Virus record (IMG/VR): IMGVR_UViG_3300034102_002786
Location: 18,413 to 82,412 of that record
DNA from: a virus
Taxonomy: Duplodnaviria; Heunggongvirae; Uroviricota; Caudoviricetes
DNA length: 64,000 nt
Reading direction: 5' to 3' (one strand)
Shown here: piece by piece, positions 55,997-63,972 of the stretch
How the letters are laid out: every line of letters begins with the position of its first letter
Position numbering within the stretch: position 1 is the stretch's first letter
Position numbers and translations under genes: made by a program
The notes under the pieces: model-generated
What the model was told of the DNA's origin: nothing
What the model saw: only the letters and a program-made list of their open reading frames with translations
The model's database searches: none

Positions 55997-56143
55997 TGTA
56001 AGGTGTTGGAATTGGCAGACAAGCCCTCCTGTCTCGGGGGTGGTGAGCACGAAATAGGTTAGTAATATGGGGTAGACCACCATCCTGCAGGAATGTGTTA
56101 CTAACTGAATCGCACTATGGTGGTTCGAATCCATCTCTTACAG
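55997..56143 (+). tRNA. 147-nt tRNA-like gene (Leu-like D-arm) carrying a ~78-nt insertion between the anticodon-arm region and the T-arm; anticodon unresolved; possibly intron-containing or disrupted
   Basis: Acceptor TGTAAGG/TCTTACA (7 bp), D-arm TG-TTGG-AATTGGCAG-ACAA is almost identical to the adjacent tRNA-Leu genes, candidate anticodon arm CCCTC-CTGTCTC-GGGGG, T-arm GGTGG-TTCGAAT-CCATC. The insert 56041-56118 contains a 9-bp hairpin GGTTAGTAA...TTACTAACT and the palindrome TCCTGCAGGA. Confidence 0.4.
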
Positions 56144-56148
56144 CAAAG

Positions 56149-56230
56149 GCCCCGTTGATGGAATTGGTAGACATGCCAGACTTAGGATCTGGTGCTGAGA
56201 AGCATAAGAGTTCGAGTCTCTTATGGGGCA
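56149..56230 (+). tRNA. tRNA-Leu (TAG), class II
   Basis: Acceptor GCCCCGT/ATGGGGC, D-arm TG-ATGG-AATTGGTAG-ACAT, anticodon arm CCAGA-CTTAGGA-TCTGG, 13-nt variable arm, T-arm AAGAG-TTCGAGT-CTCTT. Confidence 0.8.
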
Positions 56231-56246
56231 CTCAAAAACAAAATTT

Positions 56247-56702
56247 ATGAAGTACAAAAAGCTTTATGGTAGAGAAGAATTTGAACTTATCCCTTATGTT
56301 AAAAACTATTTTGAAAACAATGAAAATATTGAACTTCTTATCGGATGTGATTCGCAAAACTTTGCCGATAAAACAATATATGCCGTTGTTGTGGCTTTGT
56401 ACCATAACGGAAAAGGAGCTCATGTACTTTATAGAAGATGGAAAGCAGATAGAGAACCAACCCGTTCAGTAAGATTATTAAACGAAGTTTGGTATGCAAT
56501 TGAAGCAGCTGAATATTTAAGAGAAGCTGGTATTCCAAAACCAAAGTGGATTGATATTGATTTGAATCCAGATCCACGCTTTAAATCAAATGAAGTGTTC
56601 AGACAAGCAGTTGGTATGGTAGAAGGTATGGGGTATGAAGTACGATATAAAACATTAGGTCCAATTGCAACTTATGCAGCTGACCACTTAGTAAAAATAT
56701 AA
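56247..56702 (+). CDS. hypothetical protein
   Basis: Start moved to the ATG at 56247, because the track start at 56223 lies inside tRNA-Leu. Confidence 0.5.
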   Translation: MKYKKLYGREEFELIPYVKNYFENNENIELLIGCDSQNFADKTIYAVVVALYHNGKGAHVLYRRWKADREPTRSVRLLNEVWYAIEAAEYLREAGIPKPKWIDIDLNPDPRFKSNEVFRQAVGMVEGMGYEVRYKTLGPIATYAADHLVKI

Positions 56703-56703
56703 T

Positions 56704-57303
56704 ATGAGTTACTCATCTGTTCAAGACTTATTTATTAGTATTCCTCAAAAAGTATTACTTGTTGGAAACGGTGATATTAAAAATATGGGAAGTATAATAG
56801 ATAGTTATGAATATGTAATTCGTTTCAATGATTTCCAATTGGATGGACATGAAGAAAATGCAGGTACTAAAATATCTGCATTATCTTTGCATTGCAGTGA
56901 CTTTTCTCACAAACATACAAAGTATTTAGAAAAAAATTATATAAAGTATAGTGGTAGTGTTCCTATATTTACAACATCACCAAAGTATCCAAACAGCAAA
57001 GATGATATAATACATATACAATCTGGAACTAAACTATTGGATGTATCACTTCCTTTGATGATTAGCCCAACATTTAGACTTTCATCGGGAGGAACTTTAG
57101 CATTAAATTTATCTTTGTTCTTTAATAAAGAAGTACATTTAGTTGGGTTTAATTTTTTCTTAAAATCAGGTCATTACTACGATAAAGATTTTACAAACGA
57201 AGAATTTTGGAAAAAAATTATGGGAACTGATGTTGTTGAACATGATGGTGAGTTTGAAAAAAGAATACTAACTAATTTTAAGAACATTCACATAATTGAT
57301 TAA
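56704..57303 (+). CDS. sialyltransferase-like glycosyltransferase (GT29/GT42-like sialyl-motif L)
   Basis: VLLVGNGDIKNMGSIIDSYEYVIRFNDFQLDGHEENAGTKIS follows the sialyl-motif L pattern (V.GNG..L.....ID..D.V.R.N...). Confidence 0.5.
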   Translation: MSYSSVQDLFISIPQKVLLVGNGDIKNMGSIIDSYEYVIRFNDFQLDGHEENAGTKISALSLHCSDFSHKHTKYLEKNYIKYSGSVPIFTTSPKYPNSKDDIIHIQSGTKLLDVSLPLMISPTFRLSSGGTLALNLSLFFNKEVHLVGFNFFLKSGHYYDKDFTNEEFWKKIMGTDVVEHDGEFEKRILTNFKNIHIID

Positions 57304-58597
57304 TATGAAAATAGTTGCGTTTTTACCTGTAAAGGGAACAAGTTCAAGAATAGAAAACAAAAATATAAAATTGTTGGATGGTAAACCACTATTCTTACAT
57401 ACATTAGAAAAACTTTTACAATGTGATATTATAGACGAAGTTTATTTAGATACTGAATCCAATGAGGTAATTGGTATGGCATCTCATTTAAATCATTTTG
57501 TATTAAAGAGAGACCATTCTTTGGCTGATAATAAAACCGATGGTAATAAATTATTTATGAATGAAGTTAGGCAAGTGGATGCCGATATATACATTCAGAT
57601 TTTATGTACATCACCTTTTATAGAAACCAATACAATTAAATTAGCAATAAATCAAATAGTACATTCCAAATATGATTCGGCTGTTTTAGTTAGAGATGAA
57701 AAATTATATACGTGGACAGATGGTAAGCCTGTGTATGATATAAACAATATACCTAACAGTGTTGATTTGGAAAGTACAACAATTGAAACTATGGGATTAT
57801 ACATAGTAAAAAAAGAATGTGCTATACAAACTCAAAGAAGAATAGGTGATAATCCATTTTTAGTTAAAGCAAGTATAATCGAAGCCATTGATGTTAATTG
57901 GCCTGAAGATTTTGAATTGGCAAATCTTATAGCAGCTGGTTTGAGAGAGAAAGATAGAATCTTATTGGATAACCTAAAAAGTCAATTGAATAGTTCGATG
58001 CTATCGGATTTGTTAGATGATTTGGGATATTCAACTATAATAAACGGATTACAACCAAACATAATTGATGCTAAGATTTTTGGTAGAGCTAAAACTTTGA
58101 AGATACGAAAGTTAAAAGAAGGTGATAGTTACAAAGGAATATACAATGCATTACATAGTTATAATACAATAGTACCAAATGATGTTATAATTGTTGAAAA
58201 CGAAATATCAGATTACGCATACTTTGGTGAACTAAATGCTAACTTAGGAATACGTTCTGGTGCGGTTGGTGCAATTGTTGGTGGGGTTACTAGAGATTCA
58301 GCTGATGTAAAGAAATTAGGGTTTCCTGTATTTGCTAAAGGTAATAAATGTATTGATGTTAGAAGGCGTGCAACTTTGGATGGAATAAATGTTCCAATAC
58401 AAATAGAAGGTGTTAGGATACTACCCGGTGATTTAGTATTTGCTGATAACGAAGGTATTGTTGTTATACCAAAAGAAATTGAGAAAAAATTATTGGCTAT
58501 GGCTATGGAAGTTTGTATGAAAGAAAAAAGTGTATTGTTGGATATAGCTAATGGTATAGGAGTTGATGAACTTGTAAAACGAAATGGAGAATTCTAA
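57296..58597 (+). CDS. fusion of a CMP-N-acylneuraminate (or CMP-nonulosonate/KDO) cytidylyltransferase domain with a C-terminal RraA-family domain
   Basis: The N-terminal KIVAFLPVKGTSSRIENKNIKLLDGKPLF is the NeuA/KdsB signature. The C-terminal GIRSGAVGAIVGGVTRDSADVKKLGFPVFAKG...GDLVFADNEGIVVIPKE is the RraA/MenG-like fold. Confidence 0.7.
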   Translation: MINMKIVAFLPVKGTSSRIENKNIKLLDGKPLFLHTLEKLLQCDIIDEVYLDTESNEVIGMASHLNHFVLKRDHSLADNKTDGNKLFMNEVRQVDADIYIQILCTSPFIETNTIKLAINQIVHSKYDSAVLVRDEKLYTWTDGKPVYDINNIPNSVDLESTTIETMGLYIVKKECAIQTQRRIGDNPFLVKASIIEAIDVNWPEDFELANLIAAGLREKDRILLDNLKSQLNSSMLSDLLDDLGYSTIINGLQPNIIDAKIFGRAKTLKIRKLKEGDSYKGIYNALHSYNTIVPNDVIIVENEISDYAYFGELNANLGIRSGAVGAIVGGVTRDSADVKKLGFPVFAKGNKCIDVRRRATLDGINVPIQIEGVRILPGDLVFADNEGIVVIPKEIEKKLLAMAMEVCMKEKSVLLDIANGIGVDELVKRNGEF

Positions 58598-59020
58598 ATG
58601 GATATTACTAAAGAAGTTATAAATCATTTGGCTAATAATATAAAAACCGAAATAGCAGTTTCACCTTTAGACGGTGTTGGTGTATTTGCCATCAAAGATA
58701 TTAAGAAAGGTGAAGATGTGTTTCCAATTTGGGAAGGTGAAACTGGAATTTATGTTGTACCTAATAGTGATTTGGATAAAATACCAAAATCGGTGCAACA
58801 TTTACTTCACAAATATTTTATCAACGAAGAATGTGGATATAAGATAATACGATTATTCAAAGGATTAAATTTCTTATTCCACGGATTCAGTTATTGTAAT
58901 TCAGCACACCCTAATATAGAAAATGTAAACATTGATATAAATGGGATAGCACTACGAGATATAAAAGCAGGCGAAGAAATTTTAGAATGGTACACAGAGA
59001 ATATAAACTTAGAAAATTAA
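58598..59020 (+). CDS. SET-domain protein (putative protein-lysine methyltransferase)
   Basis: HGFSYCNSAHPN (resembling NHSC.PN) followed by IALRDIKAGEEILEWY is the SET C-terminal signature. Confidence 0.5.
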   Translation: MDITKEVINHLANNIKTEIAVSPLDGVGVFAIKDIKKGEDVFPIWEGETGIYVVPNSDLDKIPKSVQHLLHKYFINEECGYKIIRLFKGLNFLFHGFSYCNSAHPNIENVNIDINGIALRDIKAGEEILEWYTENINLEN

Positions 59021-59061
59021 AAATTAAGATATGTATATATAAACATTAAAACTTAAAAGTT

Positions 59062-59406
59062 ATGGGAACACAACATGTGCCGTTACAAATTGATGAAAAC
59101 AACAATGTAACAAAAGTAGGACACGATATGGGTGGTTCGTATGAATACACCACAATTAAAGATAACGAACAATTTGATAATTGCGTAATTTGTGGAAAAA
59201 CTACGGTGTATAGAACACAGCAACATATTGATACTAGAATCGGATATGTTGAAGGCGTTGGACAACTTTGTGGAAATTGTTATACGGGTGGTTCACCTTC
59301 AGGCAGAGAAATGATTACAATACCAAAACATTGGGTATTGGGGACACCAAATGACCAAGAATTGGGTAAAAAAGTTAGGGCCTATTATTGGGAAAATTAC
59401 GGATAA
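59062..59406 (+). CDS. hypothetical Cys-rich protein
   Basis: CVICG...CGNCYTGG. Confidence 0.45.
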   Translation: MGTQHVPLQIDENNNVTKVGHDMGGSYEYTTIKDNEQFDNCVICGKTTVYRTQQHIDTRIGYVEGVGQLCGNCYTGGSPSGREMITIPKHWVLGTPNDQELGKKVRAYYWENYG

Positions 59407-59585
59407 TCATAACTCATTGATTTTCAACAACTTATAACTCATTGATTTTCAATGGGTTATTTTTTGTCAAAAACTTTTTTATTGATAATCAACACGTTAG
59501 AATTTGTGAGACAAAAATAATCACTAAAATATTTGTTTAATTCAAATACAATTACTACCTTTACTATGTAATAAAACTTAAAAAT
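59407..59585 (+). repeat. duplicated ~180-bp intergenic regulatory module, copy A (three TTGA-N3-TCAA sites plus a conserved promoter-proximal block)
   Basis: Roughly 80-85 percent identical by eye to 63781-63972: cattgattttcaa (twice), ttattgaNaatcaacacgttag, ctaaaatatttg, tttactatgtaataaaacttaaaaat(t)atg. Confidence 0.7.
59417..59492. promoter_or_regulatory. three operator-like sites (59417-59427, 59442-59452, 59482-59492)
   Basis: TTGAtttTCAA twice and TTGAtaaTCAA; the first two extend to CATTGA-N3-TCAA(tg). Confidence 0.5.
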
Positions 59586-60062
59586 ATGAAGGTCAATTTA
59601 GGAATTGTGGTAGCATCCCACTTAAACGATGCGATGATTGAAGTAAATTTCAATACGGAATTGGCAACCAAACGTATGAAGTTTGTAAAAGCTCTTACTT
59701 TCCATAATCAGAATTTGGAATTGGGTGTAACCGATGAGTATTTGAATTGGTTATGGTCTGAATTGGATAACGGTAATTGGGGTGGTGAATATGATAATTC
59801 AACTAATTATTCAATTGTAAAAAACGAAGGTAATATCAGAAACTATTATTTAGAAGCTTTCCCAACCGATGAATTGGGTATTGAAATTAATCCTGAAGCT
59901 ACCTTTGCTGGTTTACAAAAAGTTTTGGATAACTTTGAAGATGTTTATGAATACATTGGCGTTGGTGATAGTTTGGTAAGAGAGCGTGTATTCGATAAAT
60001 TGGCAATAACAATGGGTGTAGAATATGATGTAATTTATTCACAATGGTTATTGTCCGCTTAA
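59586..60062 (+). CDS. hypothetical protein
   Basis: 158-aa ORF downstream of module A. Confidence 0.5.
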   Translation: MKVNLGIVVASHLNDAMIEVNFNTELATKRMKFVKALTFHNQNLELGVTDEYLNWLWSELDNGNWGGEYDNSTNYSIVKNEGNIRNYYLEAFPTDELGIEINPEATFAGLQKVLDNFEDVYEYIGVGDSLVRERVFDKLAITMGVEYDVIYSQWLLSA

Positions 60063-60086
60063 TTAATCAATTAAATAAAAATAAAT

Positions 60087-60365
60087 ATGAACAAGTTAGT
60101 TTTTAAAGTTAATGAGAAGGCTTGTATAGCTTTCCTTAAAAAGTATCCTTTGGTATGTAACCTTATGGAGAATTCCAATGGTAAAGATTTAATGTCCGCT
60201 TATAAGAAGTTCTTAAAGTTAAAGGAAATGAATGAATCTAAGTTGGGTGGTAGAGCTGAATGTATAGGTTCGGTTTCATTTGGTACTAAGACATTCTATA
60301 AATACGATTGGGATGCTTGTAGTGGATGGGCTGAAGTTTTTCAATTTTATAAAAATAAAAAATAA
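60087..60365 (+). CDS. hypothetical protein
   Basis: 92-aa ORF. Confidence 0.45.
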   Translation: MNKLVFKVNEKACIAFLKKYPLVCNLMENSNGKDLMSAYKKFLKLKEMNESKLGGRAECIGSVSFGTKTFYKYDWDACSGWAEVFQFYKNKK

Positions 60366-60369
60366 GAAT

Positions 60370-60582
60370 ATGAATAAAGTAAATGATTTAAAACAAGTTA
60401 TTGGGAAAGATGTTTCTCAAAACTTTTCACCAACTTGTAGAGCAAGATTGGTTAAAGTAAATAAAGTGAATTCAACATTTGAATCAGTTCCATCGCCATA
60501 CGATAAGTTCCCTAAGCCGGAGTTTGTTGGAGTTAAGTACAAAGTACCTAATTGGATTGCATGGAATAGTTTCTTTTATTAA
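60370..60582 (+). CDS. hypothetical protein
   Basis: Start at the internal ATG after the upstream stop. Confidence 0.4.
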   Translation: MNKVNDLKQVIGKDVSQNFSPTCRARLVKVNKVNSTFESVPSPYDKFPKPEFVGVKYKVPNWIAWNSFFY

Positions 60583-60602
60583 TAAAATTAAAAATTAAGT
60601 AT

Positions 60603-61244
60603 ATGATTTATAAAACAAATCAGCCGGCTATATTTACGGCACAAACGTATGGTACTAAAACTACCGTAGAGATTGACCATTGTGACTTGGACTTGGATGA
60701 AGTTATGGATGCTTTCCAAACACTTATCAAAGGTATGGGGTATCACAACGATGCTTTCAAACAATGGATATTGGAAAGAGCAGAAGAGTATAGAGAAGAT
60801 GAAACGCCCCAATATGATAGTGCCGGATTTTCTTATAACAATAGATTAGATTCTACATTGAAAAATGTATTAGGTGATGCCAATCCATTGGTAGATGAAA
60901 TTCGTTCACACTATGTAAGTAACGAAGAAGCTGATGAAGATTATCGTTCAACATTGTTGCAGGATTCTCAAAGATATGAAGATTCAAAAAAATTCAATGG
61001 TATTACACAAAAGTTATTGGATTATGTAGATAGGAGAGGTGCAGTATCTTATACTGAATTACATACTTATTACAAAATTCATTCTGGTTCGAATAGTTTC
61101 TCACACATATTGGCTAATTTGAGAATACCTTATAAGAATCGTAAAACACAAAGGTACTTAGCTAAAGAGGGTAAACGTTATTCAGATGCTAAGTATGTGA
61201 TTAAGGTAGCTAATCCATCAAATTGGGTAGAAGTAGATTATTAA
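60603..61244 (+). CDS. hypothetical protein
   Basis: 213-aa ORF. Confidence 0.5.
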   Translation: MIYKTNQPAIFTAQTYGTKTTVEIDHCDLDLDEVMDAFQTLIKGMGYHNDAFKQWILERAEEYREDETPQYDSAGFSYNNRLDSTLKNVLGDANPLVDEIRSHYVSNEEADEDYRSTLLQDSQRYEDSKKFNGITQKLLDYVDRRGAVSYTELHTYYKIHSGSNSFSHILANLRIPYKNRKTQRYLAKEGKRYSDAKYVIKVANPSNWVEVDY

Positions 61245-61262
61245 TAAATAAAAATTAAAGTT

Positions 61263-61517
61263 ATGGATATTAGAGAAAAATATAGAGAGCGAGCTATTCA
61301 ATTCGCTAAAGAGTGGAATGAAGAAAATGTAAGTGACCATATTTTTGATATTATGGTTTCTATTATGGCCACAAGAGATAAATCATCTTACGCAGGTGGT
61401 GGATTTGTTGAAGCAGTTGTAGCTAACAATTTGTATTTGGCTATGAGTAGAGCCGATTCCGATTGTAGAAAGAACATATTCTTATTAACAATGTGTAACG
61501 CTAATTGTTACGCTTAA
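61263..61517 (+). CDS. hypothetical protein
   Basis: 84-aa ORF. Confidence 0.45.
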   Translation: MDIREKYRERAIQFAKEWNEENVSDHIFDIMVSIMATRDKSSYAGGGFVEAVVANNLYLAMSRADSDCRKNIFLLTMCNANCYA

Positions 61518-61547
61518 AAACTAATTGTAAAACCTAAAAATTAAATT

Positions 61548-61790
61548 ATGGCAAGTATTGACATTGATATTGAAGAAATCATATATTCGATGACTAGTTG
61601 GGAAAAACAGGAATTAGCAGATGAACTTTATGATGATGGGTATGTTCCAAAACAAATGGGTGGAGTGCATCCTGATGATGTACCAACAGGTGACTTTGAT
61701 AAAGAAGTGAGTAAACTTATTGGTAATAGTTGGAGATTATCAAAAGAAGATGAAGAAACGATTTTACGAATCGCAAATAAATTAATCTAA
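61548..61790 (+). CDS. hypothetical protein
   Basis: 80-aa ORF. Confidence 0.45.
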   Translation: MASIDIDIEEIIYSMTSWEKQELADELYDDGYVPKQMGGVHPDDVPTGDFDKEVSKLIGNSWRLSKEDEETILRIANKLI

Positions 61791-62006
61791 ATGAAAGCAA
61801 TAGAAGCATTTTTAATTGTAATTGGATTGTTGTTATTATCAGCAATCATTTTGGCGTTTCCAACAATGTTCCTTTGGAATTGGTTAATGCCTAGAATTTT
61901 TGGTGTAACACAAATTACCTTATACGAAGCTATGGGTATTAATTTTCTTACACACATTCTTTTCAAATCAAACGTAACTATTAAAAGAGATGGCAATGAA
62001 AACTAA
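61791..62006 (+). CDS. small membrane protein
   Basis: 71-aa ORF with two TM helices. Confidence 0.4.
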   Translation: MKAIEAFLIVIGLLLLSAIILAFPTMFLWNWLMPRIFGVTQITLYEAMGINFLTHILFKSNVTIKRDGNEN

Positions 62007-62169
62007 TATTACAATAGAAGAACAAATGGATATTGAATTGATATTGGAAGAAGCAGGTGCTTGGGGACTTCGTTATGAAGTTGAAGAAACTGCTAAAAAA
62101 TATCACCATGAAGATGGACATCCTATTGTAGATGCGTATCATTTCGCTTACGAAGATTGGATTAAATAA
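61990..62169 (+). CDS. small acidic hypothetical protein (59 aa)
   Basis: Hand-translated MAMKTNITIEEQMDIELILEEAGAWGLRYEVEE... Confidence 0.3.
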   Translation: MAMKTNITIEEQMDIELILEEAGAWGLRYEVEETAKKYHHEDGHPIVDAYHFAYEDWIK

Positions 62170-62175
62170 TAAACT

Positions 62176-62484
62176 ATGTTAGTAGAAAATTGGGATAAAC
62201 TTTATGGTGAGAATTTATTCACACCTGATACAATGTATGGATTTGATAAAGATACAATGACTATAGCACCCGATGCACAAGTTGTTCGTATAGCTCCGAT
62301 GAGTGGTAAGGGTAATACTCCTTTCACTATTGTTGTAACCAAAGCCCAAAATCGTATCAAATGCGGAATCTACATTGATAGGCAATGGAATCCAATTGAG
62401 ATATTTGAAATGAGCAAATTGGATTTGAAAACAATAGATACGTTCAAAAAATTATTATCCTACAAAATAGCAAATCATGAATAA
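62176..62484 (+). CDS. hypothetical protein
   Basis: 102-aa ORF. Confidence 0.45.
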   Translation: MLVENWDKLYGENLFTPDTMYGFDKDTMTIAPDAQVVRIAPMSGKGNTPFTIVVTKAQNRIKCGIYIDRQWNPIEIFEMSKLDLKTIDTFKKLLSYKIANHE

Positions 62485-62845
62485 AAAAGAAGTAGAGAGA
62501 TTGGCTGAAATCTATTTAGATAGAACAATAGAACTTTTGGGTGAAAGTAAATACCATCCACATGCACCGTATTTAGTTGTAGAATACAGTCCGAATTCGG
62601 AAGGTATTGATAACGATTGGCATGGTGAATATGATGATGAAGAAAACGAAATTATAATCTATTCAAAAAATATAACATCAAAGAGTGATTTGGCAAAAAC
62701 AATAGTACACGAATACACTCATTATTTACAAGACCCAAAATGGATGGCACGATATTATAGTATGGGATATAAGTATCATAATCACCCATACGAAAAACAG
62801 GCATTTATAATGGAAGAACTAAATTGGTTTAAGATATGCAAATAG
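62477..62845 (+). CDS. hypothetical protein with an HExxH motif (possible SprT/WLM-like metallopeptidase)
   Basis: IVHEYTHYLQ. Confidence 0.3.
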   Translation: MNKKEVERLAEIYLDRTIELLGESKYHPHAPYLVVEYSPNSEGIDNDWHGEYDDEENEIIIYSKNITSKSDLAKTIVHEYTHYLQDPKWMARYYSMGYKYHNHPYEKQAFIMEELNWFKICK

Positions 62846-63054
62846 AAATGATAAATGCAAATAATAGTGTGTGGGTAATAAAAAGAAAATTTAAAGCAGA
62901 TAGTTGGTTTGTTCAGGGATTATTCTCTAATAAATTTACAGCTCAAGAAGCTTGTGAAGCATATCACGTTGAAAAACTATTGAGAGGACCGGATGATACA
63001 CACTATTTAGTAAACGAAGTACCTGAAGCTGAAATTGTAAACGATACTATTTAG
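62836..63054 (+). CDS. hypothetical protein
   Basis: 72-aa ORF. Confidence 0.4.
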   Translation: MQIEMINANNSVWVIKRKFKADSWFVQGLFSNKFTAQEACEAYHVEKLLRGPDDTHYLVNEVPEAEIVNDTI

Positions 63055-63058
63055 AACT

Positions 63059-63385
63059 ATGAAGTATGACCCACAAAATGAGTTGACTGATGAACAACTG
63101 AAAGAATTATCCGAAGATGATTTCTTTGAGTATTTGGATACCAAAGCAGCTTACTTAAAAGAGTTCACAGTTCCATTAGACCAATACCACACTAAGAAAT
63201 ATGCATCTGTGGCAGCCGGTGGTAATCTTTCAACTAAACAATTGAGAGAGGCTAAGAAGATTGGTAGGGAAGGTGAATGGGTTCGTAACGAGAAGATAAG
63301 AGATGCTGCTAAAAACATTACTGCCAAAGTTCCTGATTTGTATGTTAAACATCACAAAACTGACCGCTCACAATGGTTTGAATAA
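63059..63385 (+). CDS. hypothetical protein
   Basis: 108-aa ORF. Confidence 0.45.
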   Translation: MKYDPQNELTDEQLKELSEDDFFEYLDTKAAYLKEFTVPLDQYHTKKYASVAAGGNLSTKQLREAKKIGREGEWVRNEKIRDAAKNITAKVPDLYVKHHKTDRSQWFE

Positions 63386-63395
63386 TTAATAAGTT

Positions 63396-63626
63396 ATGAA
63401 AGAATTAGACCTTCACGGATTATTACATCACCAAGTTAGAGATGAAGTTGAGAACTTTGTTTTACTTAACGCCAAAGAACTACCTATCAGAATCATAATA
63501 GGTAATTCTATCCGAATGAAAAACCTTACTGAAAACATTTTATATAAACATAAATTTGAATGGTATATCCCAGCGCATAACGCCGGTGAAATTATTGTTA
63601 CCTTTGATAAAGATTATAAACTATAA
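63396..63626 (+). CDS. Smr-domain protein (small MutS-related nuclease domain)
   Basis: ELDLHGLLHHQVRDEVENFVL...IRIIIGNS follows the Smr pattern (LDLHG...A...FL.....IIHGKG). Confidence 0.6.
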   Translation: MKELDLHGLLHHQVRDEVENFVLLNAKELPIRIIIGNSIRMKNLTENILYKHKFEWYIPAHNAGEIIVTFDKDYKL

Positions 63627-63629
63627 CCT

Positions 63630-63797
63630 ATGGGCAAGTTTTATGAAAATTTGGATGACCTTAATAAGTTAATTAAGAAGCTTGAAAAAAGAGATGAAGT
63701 ATCTATATTCTTATTAAGAGCAATAGCTTACGCTAAGGATAACCCAAACTTATCAGTTCACGAAATAATAAAGAACACTAAGGACGAAAGATTCTAA
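63630..63797 (+). CDS. small hypothetical protein (55 aa)
   Basis: Hand-translated MGKFYENLDDLNKLIKKLEKRDEVSIFLLRAIAYAKDNPNLSVHEIIKNTKDERF. Confidence 0.3.
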   Translation: MGKFYENLDDLNKLIKKLEKRDEVSIFLLRAIAYAKDNPNLSVHEIIKNTKDERF

Positions 63798-63972
63798 CCC
63801 ATTGATTTTCAATGACTTATGTAACTTATTGATTTTCAATGAATTATATTAGTTAAAAAATTCTTTATTGAGAATCAACACGTTAGCATTTAGACCCCAA
63901 AAATAACCCCTAAAATATTTGGATATATCGTGCCGTTTTTGTACATTTACTATGTAATAAAACTTAAAAATT
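63781..63972 (+). repeat. duplicated ~180-bp intergenic regulatory module, copy B
   Basis: See copy A at 59407-59585. Confidence 0.7.
63802..63878. promoter_or_regulatory. three operator-like sites (63802-63812, 63829-63839, 63868-63878)
   Basis: TTGAtttTCAA twice and TTGAgaaTCAA. Confidence 0.5.

Noticed and set aside
56223-56246. ATG at 56223 as the start of the gene after tRNA-Leu(TAG)
   Set aside because: It lies within the tRNA acceptor stem (ends 56230). The next ATG at 56247 is used instead.
2766-61996. All minus-strand ORFs in the track (for example 2766..3002, 5943..6204, 12151..12584, 27994..28440, 40516..40974, 41988..42428, 43925..44257)
   Set aside because: Each is fully embedded in a + strand gene with recognisable motifs, has no promoter or start context, and is of the size expected by chance in AT-rich antisense DNA.
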